DNA from: Alphaproteobacteria bacterium
GTDB lineage: Bacteria; Pseudomonadota; Alphaproteobacteria; GCA-2731375
Direction: 5' to 3'
Length of the DNA stretch: 64,000 bases
NCBI GenBank assembly: GCA_965232515.1
Contig: CBDDPY010000002.1
Location: 480,001-544,000, forward strand
The position numbers and the translations under genes were made by a program. Below are positions 48,295 through 58,549 of the stretch, piece after piece. The notes beneath the pieces were generated by a model. The model had not been told where the DNA came from, did no database searches, and was given only the letters and a program-made list of their open reading frames with translations. The first letter of the stretch is position 1, and each line of letters opens with the position of its first letter.

Positions 48295-49740
48295 CTACCC
48301 CGCCCAAACCGGCGGCCGGCGATCGATCCACGGCCGCGCCTGTTCCAACTGCGCCGCCAGCCGCAGCAGCAGGCCGTCCTCGCCGAAGCGGCCGCCGAAA
48401 TGCACGCCGACCGGCAGGCCGTCGTCGCTCCAGTGCAGTGGGATCGACATGGCCGGACCGCCGGTCTCGTTGGCGAGCGGCGTGAACGGGATCTCGTCCA
48501 TCAGCTGCCGCTCGTAATAGTCCTCGAGGTCGGGGTTGGTCATGTCCATGGCGCCGAGCGGGATCGGCGGCTTCGCCATGGTCGTCGACAGCAGCAGATC
48601 GTAGCTTTCGAGGAAGGCCGCGAACTGTCGGCCAATGGCGTGCATGGTCTGCACGGCGCGCACATACTCGGTGCCGCTGCGCGCCTTGCCCTCGTTCGCC
48701 AGCGCCCAGGTCACCGCCTCGACGTCGTCCGCGTTCGGCTCGCGCCCCAGCGCCGCGCCGCGCAGCGCCAGCGTGTTCCACAGCCCCACGCCGATGATCA
48801 CGCGCCAGCAGTGCCGGATCGCGGCCACGTCCAGATCCGGCATTGCCGGCTCGACCGCGTGGCCCAGCTCGGCGCACAGCTTGGCGGTCGCTTCCGTCGC
48901 CTTCACGCATTCCGGATCGATGGCCGAGCCGTCGAGCGCCGTCGTGACATAGGCGATGCGCAGCCGGCCGGGATCGCGGCCGACCTCCTCGAGGAACGGC
49001 CGCTCCGGCGGCGGCGGCATATATGGCGCGCCCGCCTCGGGGCCTTGTGTGGCGTCCAGCAGCGCCGCCGTGTCGCGCACCGTGCGCGAGACGCAATGGC
49101 CGACCGACAGGCCGGCATTGCCCTCGCCCTGGTCGGGGCCGGCCGGATTGCGGCCGCGCGTCGGCTTCAGGCCGAACAGGCCGCACTGCGCCGCCGGAAT
49201 GCGGATCGAGCCGCCGCCGTCCGTCGCGTGCGCCATCGGCAGGACGCCCGCCGCCACGGCCGCCGCCGCGCCGCCGCTGGAACCGCCCGAGCTGCGTTCC
49301 AGGTTCCAGGGATTGCGCGTCGGTCCGTGCAGCTGCGGCTCGGTGGTGCCGGCGGCGCCGAACTCGGGCGTGTTGGTCTTGCCCATGATCACCAGGCCCG
49401 CGGCCTTCAGGCGCGTCGTGATGGTGCTGTCATGGTCGGGTACGAAATCGGCGAACATGTGGCTGCCCGCCGTCGTCGGCACGCCCTTGTAGAAGTAGCC
49501 GAGGTCTTTCAGCATGTAGGGCACGCCCCTGAACGGCCCGTCCGGCAGGCCGGCGGCGATCGCCGCGCGGGCCTCGTCGTACATCGTTTGTACGACCGCA
49601 TTGATCTGCGGATTGACCGCCTCGGTCCGTTCGATCGCCGCTTCCAGCACCTCCTCGGCGTTGGTCTCGCCGTCCCGGATCAGCTTCGCCAGCCCGACCG
49701 CATCATGCTTCGCGTATTCCGCAAATCCCGCCATGTCCAT
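48295..49740 (-). CDS. Amidase signature family protein
   Basis: [34 protein letters not shown]. Confidence 0.92.
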   Translation of the reverse strand: MDMAGFAEYAKHDAVGLAKLIRDGETNAEEVLEAAIERTEAVNPQINAVVQTMYDEARAAIAAGLPDGPFRGVPYMLKDLGYFYKGVPTTAGSHMFADFVPDHDSTITTRLKAAGLVIMGKTNTPEFGAAGTTEPQLHGPTRNPWNLERSSGGSSGGAAAAVAAGVLPMAHATDGGGSIRIPAAQCGLFGLKPTRGRNPAGPDQGEGNAGLSVGHCVSRTVRDTAALLDATQGPEAGAPYMPPPPERPFLEEVGRDPGRLRIAYVTTALDGSAIDPECVKATEATAKLCAELGHAVEPAMPDLDVAAIRHCWRVIIGVGLWNTLALRGAALGREPNADDVEAVTWALANEGKARSGTEYVRAVQTMHAIGRQFAAFLESYDLLLSTTMAKPPIPLGAMDMTNPDLEDYYERQLMDEIPFTPLANETGGPAMSIPLHWSDDGLPVGVHFGGRFGEDGLLLRLAAQLEQARPWIDRRPPVWAG

Positions 49741-49917
49741 TTCCTCCTGTTCTTGCGTTTTTGATTTTGACACGATCCGGGACACGCGGCCTAGCGTGTC
49801 GCGCGAATTGTTCGCCACAATTTACTTGCCGCCACCGGGCTTGGTTCAATTAACGGCAATGACGAGCCGATGTGGCCTACATCGCCGGCCCGCGGTTGAA
49901 CGCCTCGCCGGCCGGCT

Positions 49918-51507
49918 TCACCCGGCCGCCTTGATCATGTCGGCGGCTTTTTCGGCGATCATGATGGTTGGCGCGTTGGTGTTGCCCGAGGTGACGGTGG
50001 GCATGATCGAGGCGTCGACGACGCGCAGGCCCGCGAGCCCGTGCACGCGTAGCTCGCTATCGACCACGGCCTGATCGTCGCTGCCCATCTTGCAGGTGCC
50101 GACGGGGTGATAGACCGTGGCGCCGGTCTGCCGCGCGTGCTCGAGCAGCGCGTCGTCCGTATCGATATCCGCGCCCGGCTTGATCTCCGCGCCGCGATAG
50201 GCGTCCAGCGCCGAGGCCTGCATCAGCTGCCGGCCGATGCGCATGCCGGCGACGATGGTGTCACGGTCGAGCTGCGTCGAGAGAAAGTTCGGCCGCACCG
50301 CCGGGGCTGCCAGCGGGTCGGCGCTCTCGATGTGGATGCTGCCCCGGCTTTCGGGCCTCAGCTGGCAGGGCGCGCAGCTGATGCCGGGGAACTTGTCGAG
50401 AATGCGCTTCTGCGGATCGGCGAAGCTCGCCGGCATGATGTGATACTGCACATCAGGCGTTTCCAGCTCCGGCCGCGTACGCACGAAGGCGAACACCGTC
50501 GCCGCGCCCATGGTCAGAAAGCCCTCGCGCCGGAAGGCGTAGCGCAGCACTTCGCCGACCAACGGCAAACCGCGCGAGCGTTCGTTGTAGGTGCCGGGCC
50601 GGGTGCCGCGCCACGACATGCGCACGACGTAGTGGTCCTGCAGGTTCTCGCCGACGCCCGGCAGTGCGTGACGGACCTCGATGCCGAGGTCGCGCAGCCG
50701 CGCCGGCTGGCCGATGCCCGACAGCTCCAGCAGTTGCGGCGAATTCACGCTGCCGCCCGAGAGGATCACCTCGCGTGCCGCCGTCGCCTGGCGTTCCTCG
50801 CCGCCGACGCGATAGGCGATGCCGGTCGCGCGTGTGCCGTCGAACAGGATCGCCGTCGCCTGCGCGTGCGTCTCGACATGCAGGTTCGGCCGCTTCAGCG
50901 CCGGATTCAAAAAACTCACGGCGGCGCTCGCCCGCCGGCCGTTGCGCACGGTCAGCTGGTAGTAGCCGACGCCCTCCTGGTCGGCGCCGTTGTAGTCGGC
51001 GTTGCGCGGCAGGCCGATCTCCTCGCCGGCCGCAACCACCGCGTCGCTGATCGGCAGCGCCTCGGTCTGGTCCGTCACGCTCAAGGGCCCGCCCGCGCCG
51101 TGATAATCGTCGGCGCCGGTCTCGCGGTTCTCCGACTTGCGGAAATACGGCAGTACGTCGTCGTACGACCAGCCGCGGTTGCCGAGCTGGGCCCAGCCGT
51201 CGTAGTCGCGCGCCTGTCCGCGCACATAGAGCAGGCCGTTGATCGAGCTGGAGCCGCCCAGCACCTTGCCGCGCGGCATCGGGATGCGCCGGTTGCCGGT
51301 CGCGGCTTCCGGCGTCATCTCGTAGCTCCAGTTGAAGCGCGGATCGCCGACCACCTTGCCGAAGCCGATCGGCACGTGCAGCCAGGGATTGCGGTCCTTG
51401 CCGCCTGCCTCCAGCAGCAACACCTTCACCTCCGGCCGCTCGCTCAGCCGGTTCGCCAAGACGCAGCCGGCCGAGCCGGCCCCGACGATGATGTAATCGT
51501 AGCTCAT
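49918..51507 (-). CDS. GMC oxidoreductase (choline dehydrogenase-like)
   Basis: [48 protein letters not shown]. Confidence 0.93.
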   Translation of the reverse strand: MSYDYIIVGAGSAGCVLANRLSERPEVKVLLLEAGGKDRNPWLHVPIGFGKVVGDPRFNWSYEMTPEAATGNRRIPMPRGKVLGGSSSINGLLYVRGQARDYDGWAQLGNRGWSYDDVLPYFRKSENRETGADDYHGAGGPLSVTDQTEALPISDAVVAAGEEIGLPRNADYNGADQEGVGYYQLTVRNGRRASAAVSFLNPALKRPNLHVETHAQATAILFDGTRATGIAYRVGGEERQATAAREVILSGGSVNSPQLLELSGIGQPARLRDLGIEVRHALPGVGENLQDHYVVRMSWRGTRPGTYNERSRGLPLVGEVLRYAFRREGFLTMGAATVFAFVRTRPELETPDVQYHIMPASFADPQKRILDKFPGISCAPCQLRPESRGSIHIESADPLAAPAVRPNFLSTQLDRDTIVAGMRIGRQLMQASALDAYRGAEIKPGADIDTDDALLEHARQTGATVYHPVGTCKMGSDDQAVVDSELRVHGLAGLRVVDASIMPTVTSGNTNAPTIMIAEKAADMIKAAG

Positions 51508-51662
51508 ACGCCGGCGCCGCCGGCGGTTGGTCGGCTTGTCATTTGCCCGTTCTCCTCCCTGGTCGTCAGGGAGTCGATACAATGCCAGCAAGCCTGTTGT
51601 CGAGATCGACGGCGGGCGCCGCGACGCCAGCATCGGCATCGCGGCGCCCGGATATCGGTTTT

Positions 51663-52232
51663 CTAGGGCTTCAGGACGGGATAGGCGTAGTCGTACACGA
51701 GGTCGGTCGACCGGACCGGTTCGTGACAGGCAAGGCAGTCCTCGCGATAGTCCGTGCTGACGGTCCGGACCTTGTCGTCGGCATTGAAGAACGACCAGCC
51801 CCAGCCGTCGCCCCAGAGCGGATTGCCGGGAAACCGCCCCTTCGCGTCCTTGACCATGATGAAGTAGCCGGCCGTCGAGGCGGCGCTCGTGGCCTCGCCG
51901 GTGGTCAGCGTTTCGGTCTTGCCGTTGAACAGCTCCTTCACCAGGACGGTGCCGTCCGGGAATGCGCCGGTGCGACGGTAGGCGTCGACGGCGGCACGCG
52001 GCGCATAGACCACATGCAGCCCGACGCCGCCGCCGGTATCGGCATCGCCGGCGACAGACCAGGCGCCGAGCATGACGTAGTCGGTGCGGAAGTTCTCGGG
52101 CACGCGGATGGCGCCGTCGCTGTCGACGACGCCCTTGGCATAGGGCTTGTCGGCCATCTGGCTGTAGGCGGTGCCGGCGACGGCGGCCAGCCAGATCGCG
52201 CATAGCAGCATCAGGATTCGGGTTCTGAGCAT
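51663..52232 (-). CDS. Cytochrome P460 family protein
   Basis: Signal peptide, [22 protein letters not shown] haem motif near the C-terminus. Confidence 0.85.
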   Translation of the reverse strand: MLRTRILMLLCAIWLAAVAGTAYSQMADKPYAKGVVDSDGAIRVPENFRTDYVMLGAWSVAGDADTGGGVGLHVVYAPRAAVDAYRRTGAFPDGTVLVKELFNGKTETLTTGEATSAASTAGYFIMVKDAKGRFPGNPLWGDGWGWSFFNADDKVRTVSTDYREDCLACHEPVRSTDLVYDYAYPVLKP

Positions 52233-52292
52233 GTCGGATCGACCCTTTCTCGGTGCGTCCGATGCCGTGAATGGCATCGGGATCGTGCAATG

Positions 52293-52342
52293 AAGGAAAC
52301 AGATCTGTTTCCTTGCGCAAGTAGGAAACAAATCTGTCTCTT
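52293..52342. promoter_or_regulatory. Palindromic operator pair, probable TetR-family sites
   Basis: Perfect 22-bp palindrome AAGGAAACAGATCTGTTTCCTT (52293-52314) and imperfect copy AGGAAACAAATCTGTCTCTT (52323-52342). Confidence 0.75.
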
Positions 52343-52492
52343 TCGTCAACGCGAATTGGCGGCTGCGGATGTCAACAAAACGCGAGGAAGTTGTGATGTT
52401 GTAATAAATCGGCGACGGATCGTTACGTTGTGAACACGGGTCTGATCGGCTATCGTGGAGACCAAACCGTCTACCTATCCGGAGCCTTGCCG

Positions 52493-53095
52493 ATGGCACA
52501 GTCGCCCCGCCGCGAACACCTGATCGACACCGCGATCGAGCTGTTCGCGGAGCACGGCTATCACGCCACCGGGATCGACAAGATCCTGGCCACCGCCCGC
52601 GTGTCGAAGAAAACGCTCTACCGGCATTTCCGCTCGAAGGAAGAGCTGATCCTCGCCGCCCTGAAGAAGTATGACGGCCTGTTCCGCAACGACTTCATGC
52701 GCCAGGTCGAGGCCAGGGCCGACACACCGCGCGGCCGTCTGCTCGCCGTCTTCGACGTCGCCGCCGACTGGTTCCGGCAGAACAACTTCTACGGCTGCAT
52801 GTACATCAACGCGATCGGCGAGTACGCCGCGCCGGACACGCCGATCCGCCAGGTCTGCAAGGAGTTCAAGGCGCTGATGCGGCGCTATGTCGAGGATCTG
52901 TGCATCGAATTGCGGGCGCCCGACCCGGCGGGCCTCGCCGAGGAGCTGGCGCTGCTGCTCGAGGGCGCGATCGTCACCGCCCAGGTCTCCGAGACGCGGG
53001 AACGGGCGGCCCGGGTCGCCGCGACCGCGGCCGCGGTCCTCATCGACCAGGCGACCGGGACGGCAGGCGGCGACCCTGTTTCGAAAAAAGTTTGA
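52493..53095 (+). CDS. TetR/AcrR family regulator
   Basis: GYHATGIDKIL..ARVSKKTLYRHFRSKEEL; FYGCMYIN. Confidence 0.92.
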   Translation: MAQSPRREHLIDTAIELFAEHGYHATGIDKILATARVSKKTLYRHFRSKEELILAALKKYDGLFRNDFMRQVEARADTPRGRLLAVFDVAADWFRQNNFYGCMYINAIGEYAAPDTPIRQVCKEFKALMRRYVEDLCIELRAPDPAGLAEELALLLEGAIVTAQVSETRERAARVAATAAAVLIDQATGTAGGDPVSKKV

Positions 53096-53185
53096 TGCCG
53101 GCGCGACGGATTTCGCCGGTTTGACCCGTGTAGGTCAGAGAGCCCGGACGCAATCCGCCGGGCGAGGCCAACGGAGTATCCAGGA

Positions 53186-53635
53186 ATGCCCGCAAACAAA
53201 TTCATTTGCGGCGGCATCGTCGTCGCGCTGCTCGGCCTGCCGCTTGCCGCCGGCGCCCAAGGGCCAGGCGCCATGGGCGACGACGACCGCGGCCCGCGCG
53301 AGAGCCGCATGCTGCGCCTGCTCGACACCAACAACGACGGCCAGGTCAGTCTGGATGAGATCAAGGCCGAGCAGCGCCGCCTGATCGGCGCCGCCGACAT
53401 CGACGGCAACGGCGAGCTGTCGGTGGACGAGTTCCGGCGCCGCGGCGGCTGGTTCCAGCGCCTGTCGACCACGACGCTGTTCGACCTCATGGACGCCGAC
53501 GGCAATCAAGTGCTGACCGCGGACGAGATCGGCAAGCCGTCGGAGCGTTGGTTCGCGCGTTATGATGCCAACGATGACGGTCAACTCTCGGCGGACGAAT
53601 TGCCCCAGCGTCGGCACCGGCACAAGCGGCGCTGA
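53186..53635 (+). CDS. Secreted EF-hand protein
   Basis: Signal peptide; DTNNDGQVSLDE, DIDGNGELSVDE, DADGNQVLTADE, DANDDGQLSADE. Confidence 0.88.
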   Translation: MPANKFICGGIVVALLGLPLAAGAQGPGAMGDDDRGPRESRMLRLLDTNNDGQVSLDEIKAEQRRLIGAADIDGNGELSVDEFRRRGGWFQRLSTTTLFDLMDADGNQVLTADEIGKPSERWFARYDANDDGQLSADELPQRRHRHKRR

Positions 53636-53654
53636 CGGCGCTCTCCACGCTCCG

Positions 53655-54275
53655 TTGCCGGTGCCCCGCGAAGGCGATCGACGGCGGGCGGAGAGACTGG
53701 CAGCCGGGCTCTCTGTCCGCCGCACCGACGGCGCCGATGACGACCGGTTGATGGCCGGCGTCGCCGCCGGCGATCGTCGCGCATGGGCGTTGTTGGTCGA
53801 GCGCCATCTGTCCGCCATCCACGGCGCCGCCTGGTACCTGCTGGCCGACCGGGCGGAAGCCGAGGACGTGGCGCAGGAGGCGTTCCTGCGCCTGCTGCCC
53901 AAAGCGCCGGACTGGCGCTCCGACGGCGCCTCGGTCCGGACCTGGCTGCGCCGCGTCGCCGTCAATCTCAGCATCGACCGTTTGCGCGCCCATCGATCGG
54001 TGTCGCTCGACATGGTCGCCGAAACGCCGGCCGACGAGGACGTCGATGCCGATGTCGATCGCCGCCGCCGGGTCGCCGCCGCGCTCGCTGGCCTGCCCGA
54101 GCGCCAGCGCGCCGCCATCGTCCTGGTGCATTACCAGGGCTACAGCCAGCGCGAGGCCGCCGAGCTTCTGAGCATCAGCACGGATGCCCTCGAATCTCTG
54201 CTGGCCCGCGCCCGCCGAACACTGAAGCAACGGCTCGACGCCGTCGCCGCCGACCTGTTGGGAGCCTCCCGATGA
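53655..54275 (+). CDS. ECF sigma-70 factor
   Basis: AEAEDVAQEAFLRL, TWLRRVAVN, LPERQRAAIVL, ESLLARARR; start uncertain. Confidence 0.88.
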   Translation: MPVPREGDRRRAERLAAGLSVRRTDGADDDRLMAGVAAGDRRAWALLVERHLSAIHGAAWYLLADRAEAEDVAQEAFLRLLPKAPDWRSDGASVRTWLRRVAVNLSIDRLRAHRSVSLDMVAETPADEDVDADVDRRRRVAAALAGLPERQRAAIVLVHYQGYSQREAAELLSISTDALESLLARARRTLKQRLDAVAADLLGASR

Positions 54276-54835
54276 CCGACGACCGCAACGATGGACCGGC
54301 GATGACCGAGGCGCGCCTGCGCGACATCATCGCCAGCTACGGCGCCTCGCCGCAACGCTGGCCCGCGGACGAACGCGTACAGGCATTGGCGCTGCTGGCG
54401 CGGTCCGACGCCATCCAGACCCACTACGATGCCGCTGTCCGCCTCGATACCGACCTCGCTCTTCTGCACGCCCCGGCGCCGTCCGAGGCGCTCGCGGAAC
54501 GCCTTGCCGACCTGATGCCCGCGACCGCCGCGCGCGCGACCAGATCCGGCAAGCACAGCCCGAACGTCTGGCGTCCGGCCGCCATCGCCGCCTCGCTGCT
54601 CATCGCCTTCGCCCTCGGGCTGCTGCTGCCGTCACCCCTGCGCGAACAGCCCATGACGTCGCCGGACCGGACTGCGGCCACTGACGTCCGGCCGAACGAC
54701 GCCGATTTCGCGACGCTCGCCGACCTCGCGATCATCGACCTGACCGATGACGATGTCGCGGTTACCAGCGTCGGTGAGGACGATCTCGAGCCGACTCCGG
54801 CCACCGAGCAACTCGCCGCCATCCCGTTGGACTAG
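54272..54835 (+). CDS. Putative anti-sigma membrane protein
   Basis: ATGA overlap with sigma gene; YGASPQRWPADER; single TM helix. Confidence 0.7.
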   Translation: MTDDRNDGPAMTEARLRDIIASYGASPQRWPADERVQALALLARSDAIQTHYDAAVRLDTDLALLHAPAPSEALAERLADLMPATAARATRSGKHSPNVWRPAAIAASLLIAFALGLLLPSPLREQPMTSPDRTAATDVRPNDADFATLADLAIIDLTDDDVAVTSVGEDDLEPTPATEQLAAIPLD

Positions 54836-55728
54836 GTGGTTCGGTCCTCGTCGCCGGCCTCACGTCGCAACCATTCGACCACCGCCGTCACCGCTGCCCG
54901 CGGCGGTGCGCCCTCTGGTTGAACGATCCAATAGGCATCCGGGACCGCGACCTCGAGGTCGCCGCAGGGTCGCAGCAGCAGGCCGGCGGCGATGTCGTCG
55001 GCTGCCAGACGGCCGCGGGCGAGCGCGACGCCCAGCCCCTGACCAGCCGCCCGCAACACCAGATCTGAGGACGCAAAACGCGGCCCCGGTCGCAAATCGA
55101 GACCAGCGGGGCCGTGTGCCGCGCGCCAGATCGCCCAGGCGGCGTTCGGGTCGCGGTCGTGCACCAGCCGCAGACCTTTAAGGTCGGTCGGCTTTGACGG
55201 ACGTCCCGATGCCGCCCAATATCCCGGGCTCATGACCGGATACAGGATGTCGTCCATCAGGGGCGTGCTGTCCAACCCTGGCCAGGGACCACGGCCCATG
55301 CGGATGGCGAGATCGGCCCCGGCGGCCGTCAGATCGCTCAACCGTTGATCGACCAGGATCGACAACTCGATCCAGGGATAAGTTGCCTCGAAAGCGGCGA
55401 GGCGCGGCAACAGCCAGCGCGAAGCGAGCGAAGGCGTTGTCGAAATCGTCGCGGTATTGCCACGTTTCGCTTCGCGCACCGCGGCGACGGCATTCGCCAG
55501 GTCGCGCATGTTCGTCAAAGCGGCCCGGCCCAGCGCTTCCCCTTGCGGCGTGAACGAGATGGCGCGCCTGGTCGCGCGCGGCTCGATCAGGGGTACGCCG
55601 ATCCAGGCCTCCAGTTCCCGCAGATGCCGGCTGACCGCCGAATGGGTGATCTGCAGGTCCCGCGCCGCCGGCCGAACGCCGCCGGCCTCGTAGACGGCGG
55701 CGAAGGCCCGGAGGGCGTTCAGCATCAA
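54832..55728 (-). CDS. LysR family regulator (GcvA-like)
   Basis: LNALRAF, THSAVSRHLRELE, WLLPRL, DLAIRMG. Confidence 0.9.
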   Translation of the reverse strand: MMLNALRAFAAVYEAGGVRPAARDLQITHSAVSRHLRELEAWIGVPLIEPRATRRAISFTPQGEALGRAALTNMRDLANAVAAVREAKRGNTATISTTPSLASRWLLPRLAAFEATYPWIELSILVDQRLSDLTAAGADLAIRMGRGPWPGLDSTPLMDDILYPVMSPGYWAASGRPSKPTDLKGLRLVHDRDPNAAWAIWRAAHGPAGLDLRPGPRFASSDLVLRAAGQGLGVALARGRLAADDIAAGLLLRPCGDLEVAVPDAYWIVQPEGAPPRAAVTAVVEWLRREAGDEDRTT

Positions 55729-55835
55729 GTCACGTATGGTCTGAATATTAGACCAAAACTCGCGGACTCCAGAACGGTCTTGCTGGCCCGATCCTGCTAG
55801 CGTCGGTCCGGGTTTCTCGGACGCGGGGCGGCACG

Positions 55836-56864
55836 ATGGGCATGCTGGTGGAAGGTCGCTGGACGAATGACGACGACGCGGTGCGGGCGGGAGCGTTCGT
55901 CCGCCGGGCTAGCGTCCATGGCGACGCAATCGACCCCGATGTCGTCGCGGCGATGCGTGCGGAACCGGACCGCATCCACCTCATCGCCTCCTGGAGCTGT
56001 CCCTGGTCGCACCGTGCGATGGTCGCGCGGCAGCTCAAGGGGCTGACGGAATGCGTGCCGGTTCAGATGGCTGGCGGCAGACGGGTGGAGGGTTACGCCG
56101 CGAACGGCGGTAAGCCATGGCGCGTTCCCGGCGCCGAGCGCAGCATCGTTCACCTGCACGAGCTCTATGCGCTCGACGATCCGGGCTATACGGGGCGGGT
56201 CACGGTGCCGGTCCTCTGGGACAGCCGGACGGGCCGCATTCTCAGCAACGAGTCGGCGCGGATCATGGCGGCCTTCGACGACGCCGCGCCGGCCGACGGC
56301 GGTCTCGATTTCACGCTGCGGCCGCCGGGCTTGGCGCAGTCGATCGACCGGCTCAACGCCAAGATTTATTCCGGGCTCTGCAATGCCGTTTATCGCGCCG
56401 GCTTCGCCCGCCGGCAGGACGCCTACGACGACGCCGTCGCCGATGTGTTCGCGGTGCTGGAAATGCTTGAGGCGCGCCTCGCCGACCGGCGTTATCTCTT
56501 CGGCGCTGTCGTTACAGAGGCCGACTGGCGGCTGTTTCCGACGCTGGCGCGGTTCGACACGGTCTATCACACGCATTTCCGCTGTTGCCGTCGTCGCCTC
56601 GTCGACTATCCCAGCCTCTGGGGCTACACGCGCGATCTCTATGCCTGGCGAGGCGTTGCCGAAACGCTCGACATCGCCGCCATCCGCGAAGGCTATTTCC
56701 TGAACGATGGCGACACCAACCCCTACGGCATCGTCGCCGTCGCACCGGAGATCGACTGGCGTCTCCCGCATGGCCGCAATGCCCTTGGGCCGGCCAAGGC
56801 GGCATTGCGCGACGGCGGCACGGTCGAGGTCGATCCGGCCACCCTGCAGGTCGTTGCTGGTTGA
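55836..56864 (+). CDS. Glutathionyl-hydroquinone reductase (YqjG/ECM4, Xi-class GST)
   Basis: MGMLVEG.W, CPWSHR, YTGRVTVPVLWD, NES, ADWRLFPTL.RFD.VY. Confidence 0.9.
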   Translation: MGMLVEGRWTNDDDAVRAGAFVRRASVHGDAIDPDVVAAMRAEPDRIHLIASWSCPWSHRAMVARQLKGLTECVPVQMAGGRRVEGYAANGGKPWRVPGAERSIVHLHELYALDDPGYTGRVTVPVLWDSRTGRILSNESARIMAAFDDAAPADGGLDFTLRPPGLAQSIDRLNAKIYSGLCNAVYRAGFARRQDAYDDAVADVFAVLEMLEARLADRRYLFGAVVTEADWRLFPTLARFDTVYHTHFRCCRRRLVDYPSLWGYTRDLYAWRGVAETLDIAAIREGYFLNDGDTNPYGIVAVAPEIDWRLPHGRNALGPAKAALRDGGTVEVDPATLQVVAG

Positions 56865-56870
56865 TCGGCG

Positions 56871-57458
56871 ATGGACCCGCTTATAGCCGTTACCGGTTTC
56901 GTCGTTGTCGCGGTGATCACGCCGGGTCCGAACAACTTCATCGTCATGGCCGCGGCCGGACGCGGCGGTTTCGCGGCCGCCCTGTCGCCAATGGCAGGCG
57001 TCGTCGGCGGCAGCGTCGCGCTGCTCGCCGTCGCCTGGGCGGGTGCCGCGGCTCTGTTCGAGACGCTGCCGGGCCTGCGGATCGTTGTCGTGCTGCTCGG
57101 CGCGGGCTATCTCGCCTGGCTCGGCGCCGTGATGATCGGGCAGGCGGGCGCCGATGCGTCGGCGGCGACCGGGTTGCCCGATACGGCGCTCGCGGTCGCC
57201 GTCTTCCAGTTCATGAACCCCAAGGCTTGGATGCTGATGCTGACGGCGGTGTCGGCGCTGTCGGGCGAGGGCGGCGCGCTGCCGGCGCTCGCCGCGCTCA
57301 CGGTGATTGTCGCGCTCGTGTCGGCCGGATGCCTCGGCCTCTGGGCCGCCGCCGGCGCGGCGATTTCCGGCTGGCTCGCGCGGCCGGCCGCTCGCCGCTG
57401 GTTCGATCGCGCCATGGGCGGCCTGCTGATCGCCTCGGCCGCGCTGCTGCTGGTCTGA
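56871..57458 (+). CDS. LysE family translocator
   Basis: ITPGPNN, YLAWLG, FQFMNPKAW. Confidence 0.9.
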   Translation: MDPLIAVTGFVVVAVITPGPNNFIVMAAAGRGGFAAALSPMAGVVGGSVALLAVAWAGAAALFETLPGLRIVVVLLGAGYLAWLGAVMIGQAGADASAATGLPDTALAVAVFQFMNPKAWMLMLTAVSALSGEGGALPALAALTVIVALVSAGCLGLWAAAGAAISGWLARPAARRWFDRAMGGLLIASAALLLV

Positions 57459-57515
57459 TCGCGCCGCTCAAACGCCGAGCGCCGCGCGGACCCTAAGGGT
57501 CGTGAGAAATGCGGT

Positions 57516-58061
57516 CTAGGCCGTACGCCGTCTGTGTCGCATCGTCAGTCCGAGTCCGGCGAGGGCGGCGGTGAACAGAACCAGCGTGCCGGGCTCGGGA
57601 ACGTCACGGGGCGTTGCCGTCCGCAGCTGCCAGCTGCCGGAAAAGCCGGCATCGAACAGGTTCATTGCTTGAAATCTGGAGAACCAGCCGCCGTCGGAGT
57701 CGGATCTGAAGAAGTTGTCGATGCCTTGAAACCCGACAACCGTCACCAACGACAACGACGTCCCGGATACCACCGGGAGCGAGCCGCTAATGAAATCGAA
57801 GGTGAGATCCGGCGGATTGGCGTAGGCGCCGCTTGAGGACGTGTAGGACAGCGACTCGTAGTCGGCGTCCGTCAACGCCGTGCCGGGCGTGTAAGAGTCC
57901 TTGAGCGTCAACACCGCCGTTGCCGATCCGATGCAACCGGCGTTGCAGGTTCCGGTCCAGTCATAAATCACCGCGGCGTGCGCGGCTGGCCAGAATGGAA
58001 ATGCGAACAGAAGCGTCGCGATCACAAGGGCGCACTGTGCGCGGGACGATTGGGTATGCAT
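57516..58061 (-). CDS. PEP-CTERM sorting domain protein
   Basis: Signal peptide (AHA); VPEPGTLVLFTAALAGLGLTMRHRRR. Confidence 0.88.
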   Translation of the reverse strand: MHTQSSRAQCALVIATLLFAFPFWPAAHAAVIYDWTGTCNAGCIGSATAVLTLKDSYTPGTALTDADYESLSYTSSSGAYANPPDLTFDFISGSLPVVSGTSLSLVTVVGFQGIDNFFRSDSDGGWFSRFQAMNLFDAGFSGSWQLRTATPRDVPEPGTLVLFTAALAGLGLTMRHRRRTA

Positions 58062-58123
58062 CGCTTTCTTCCCTCGTTGGCCGACGTTGCCTGTGCCGAA
58101 GACATGACGCGGCGGTGCCGACG

Positions 58124-58387
58124 CTACGGCGTCAGGTCCAGGGCCTCGACGACCCGGGTATAGGGGATATTCGCCTCGTCATTCAGCCGCGCGACCTGGG
58201 CCGGATCATCGGCCTCGAACAGGCACATGCAGCGACCGTCCTCGGGTGCGAACGTTGAGCGGATATAGCGCATCGGCGTGCCGGCGTCGGCATATTCGCC
58301 CGCCTTGCGAATGGCCGCTTGCTGCGCCGCCGCCAGATCCGCCATCGCGATGCCTTCGAGTTCGCGCTCGACCATGTAAACCGTCAT
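58124..58387 (-). CDS. DUF4242 (SCO4226-like) small protein
   Basis: YMVER, YIRS, CMCLFEA, N.EANIP..RV. Confidence 0.75.
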   Translation of the reverse strand: MTVYMVERELEGIAMADLAAAQQAAIRKAGEYADAGTPMRYIRSTFAPEDGRCMCLFEADDPAQVARLNDEANIPYTRVVEALDLTP

Positions 58388-58549
58388 GTCAATCTCCCGT
58401 TTGGTTCGGTCTGCGACCGGGACTTGATTTCACGACGTAGACGAACATGAGTGAACTTGAATGTTTCTATTGATCGATAGCCACAGCCTTGGGCACCTCG
58501 TCCTATAATGGGACTTGCACACACGCGACGAACAAGCGAGGTGGCACCC

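Noticed and set aside
49918-52320. 800-aa GMC fusion
   Set aside because: The N-terminal extension is an off-frame reading of the P460 gene; the real start is MSYDYII at 51507.
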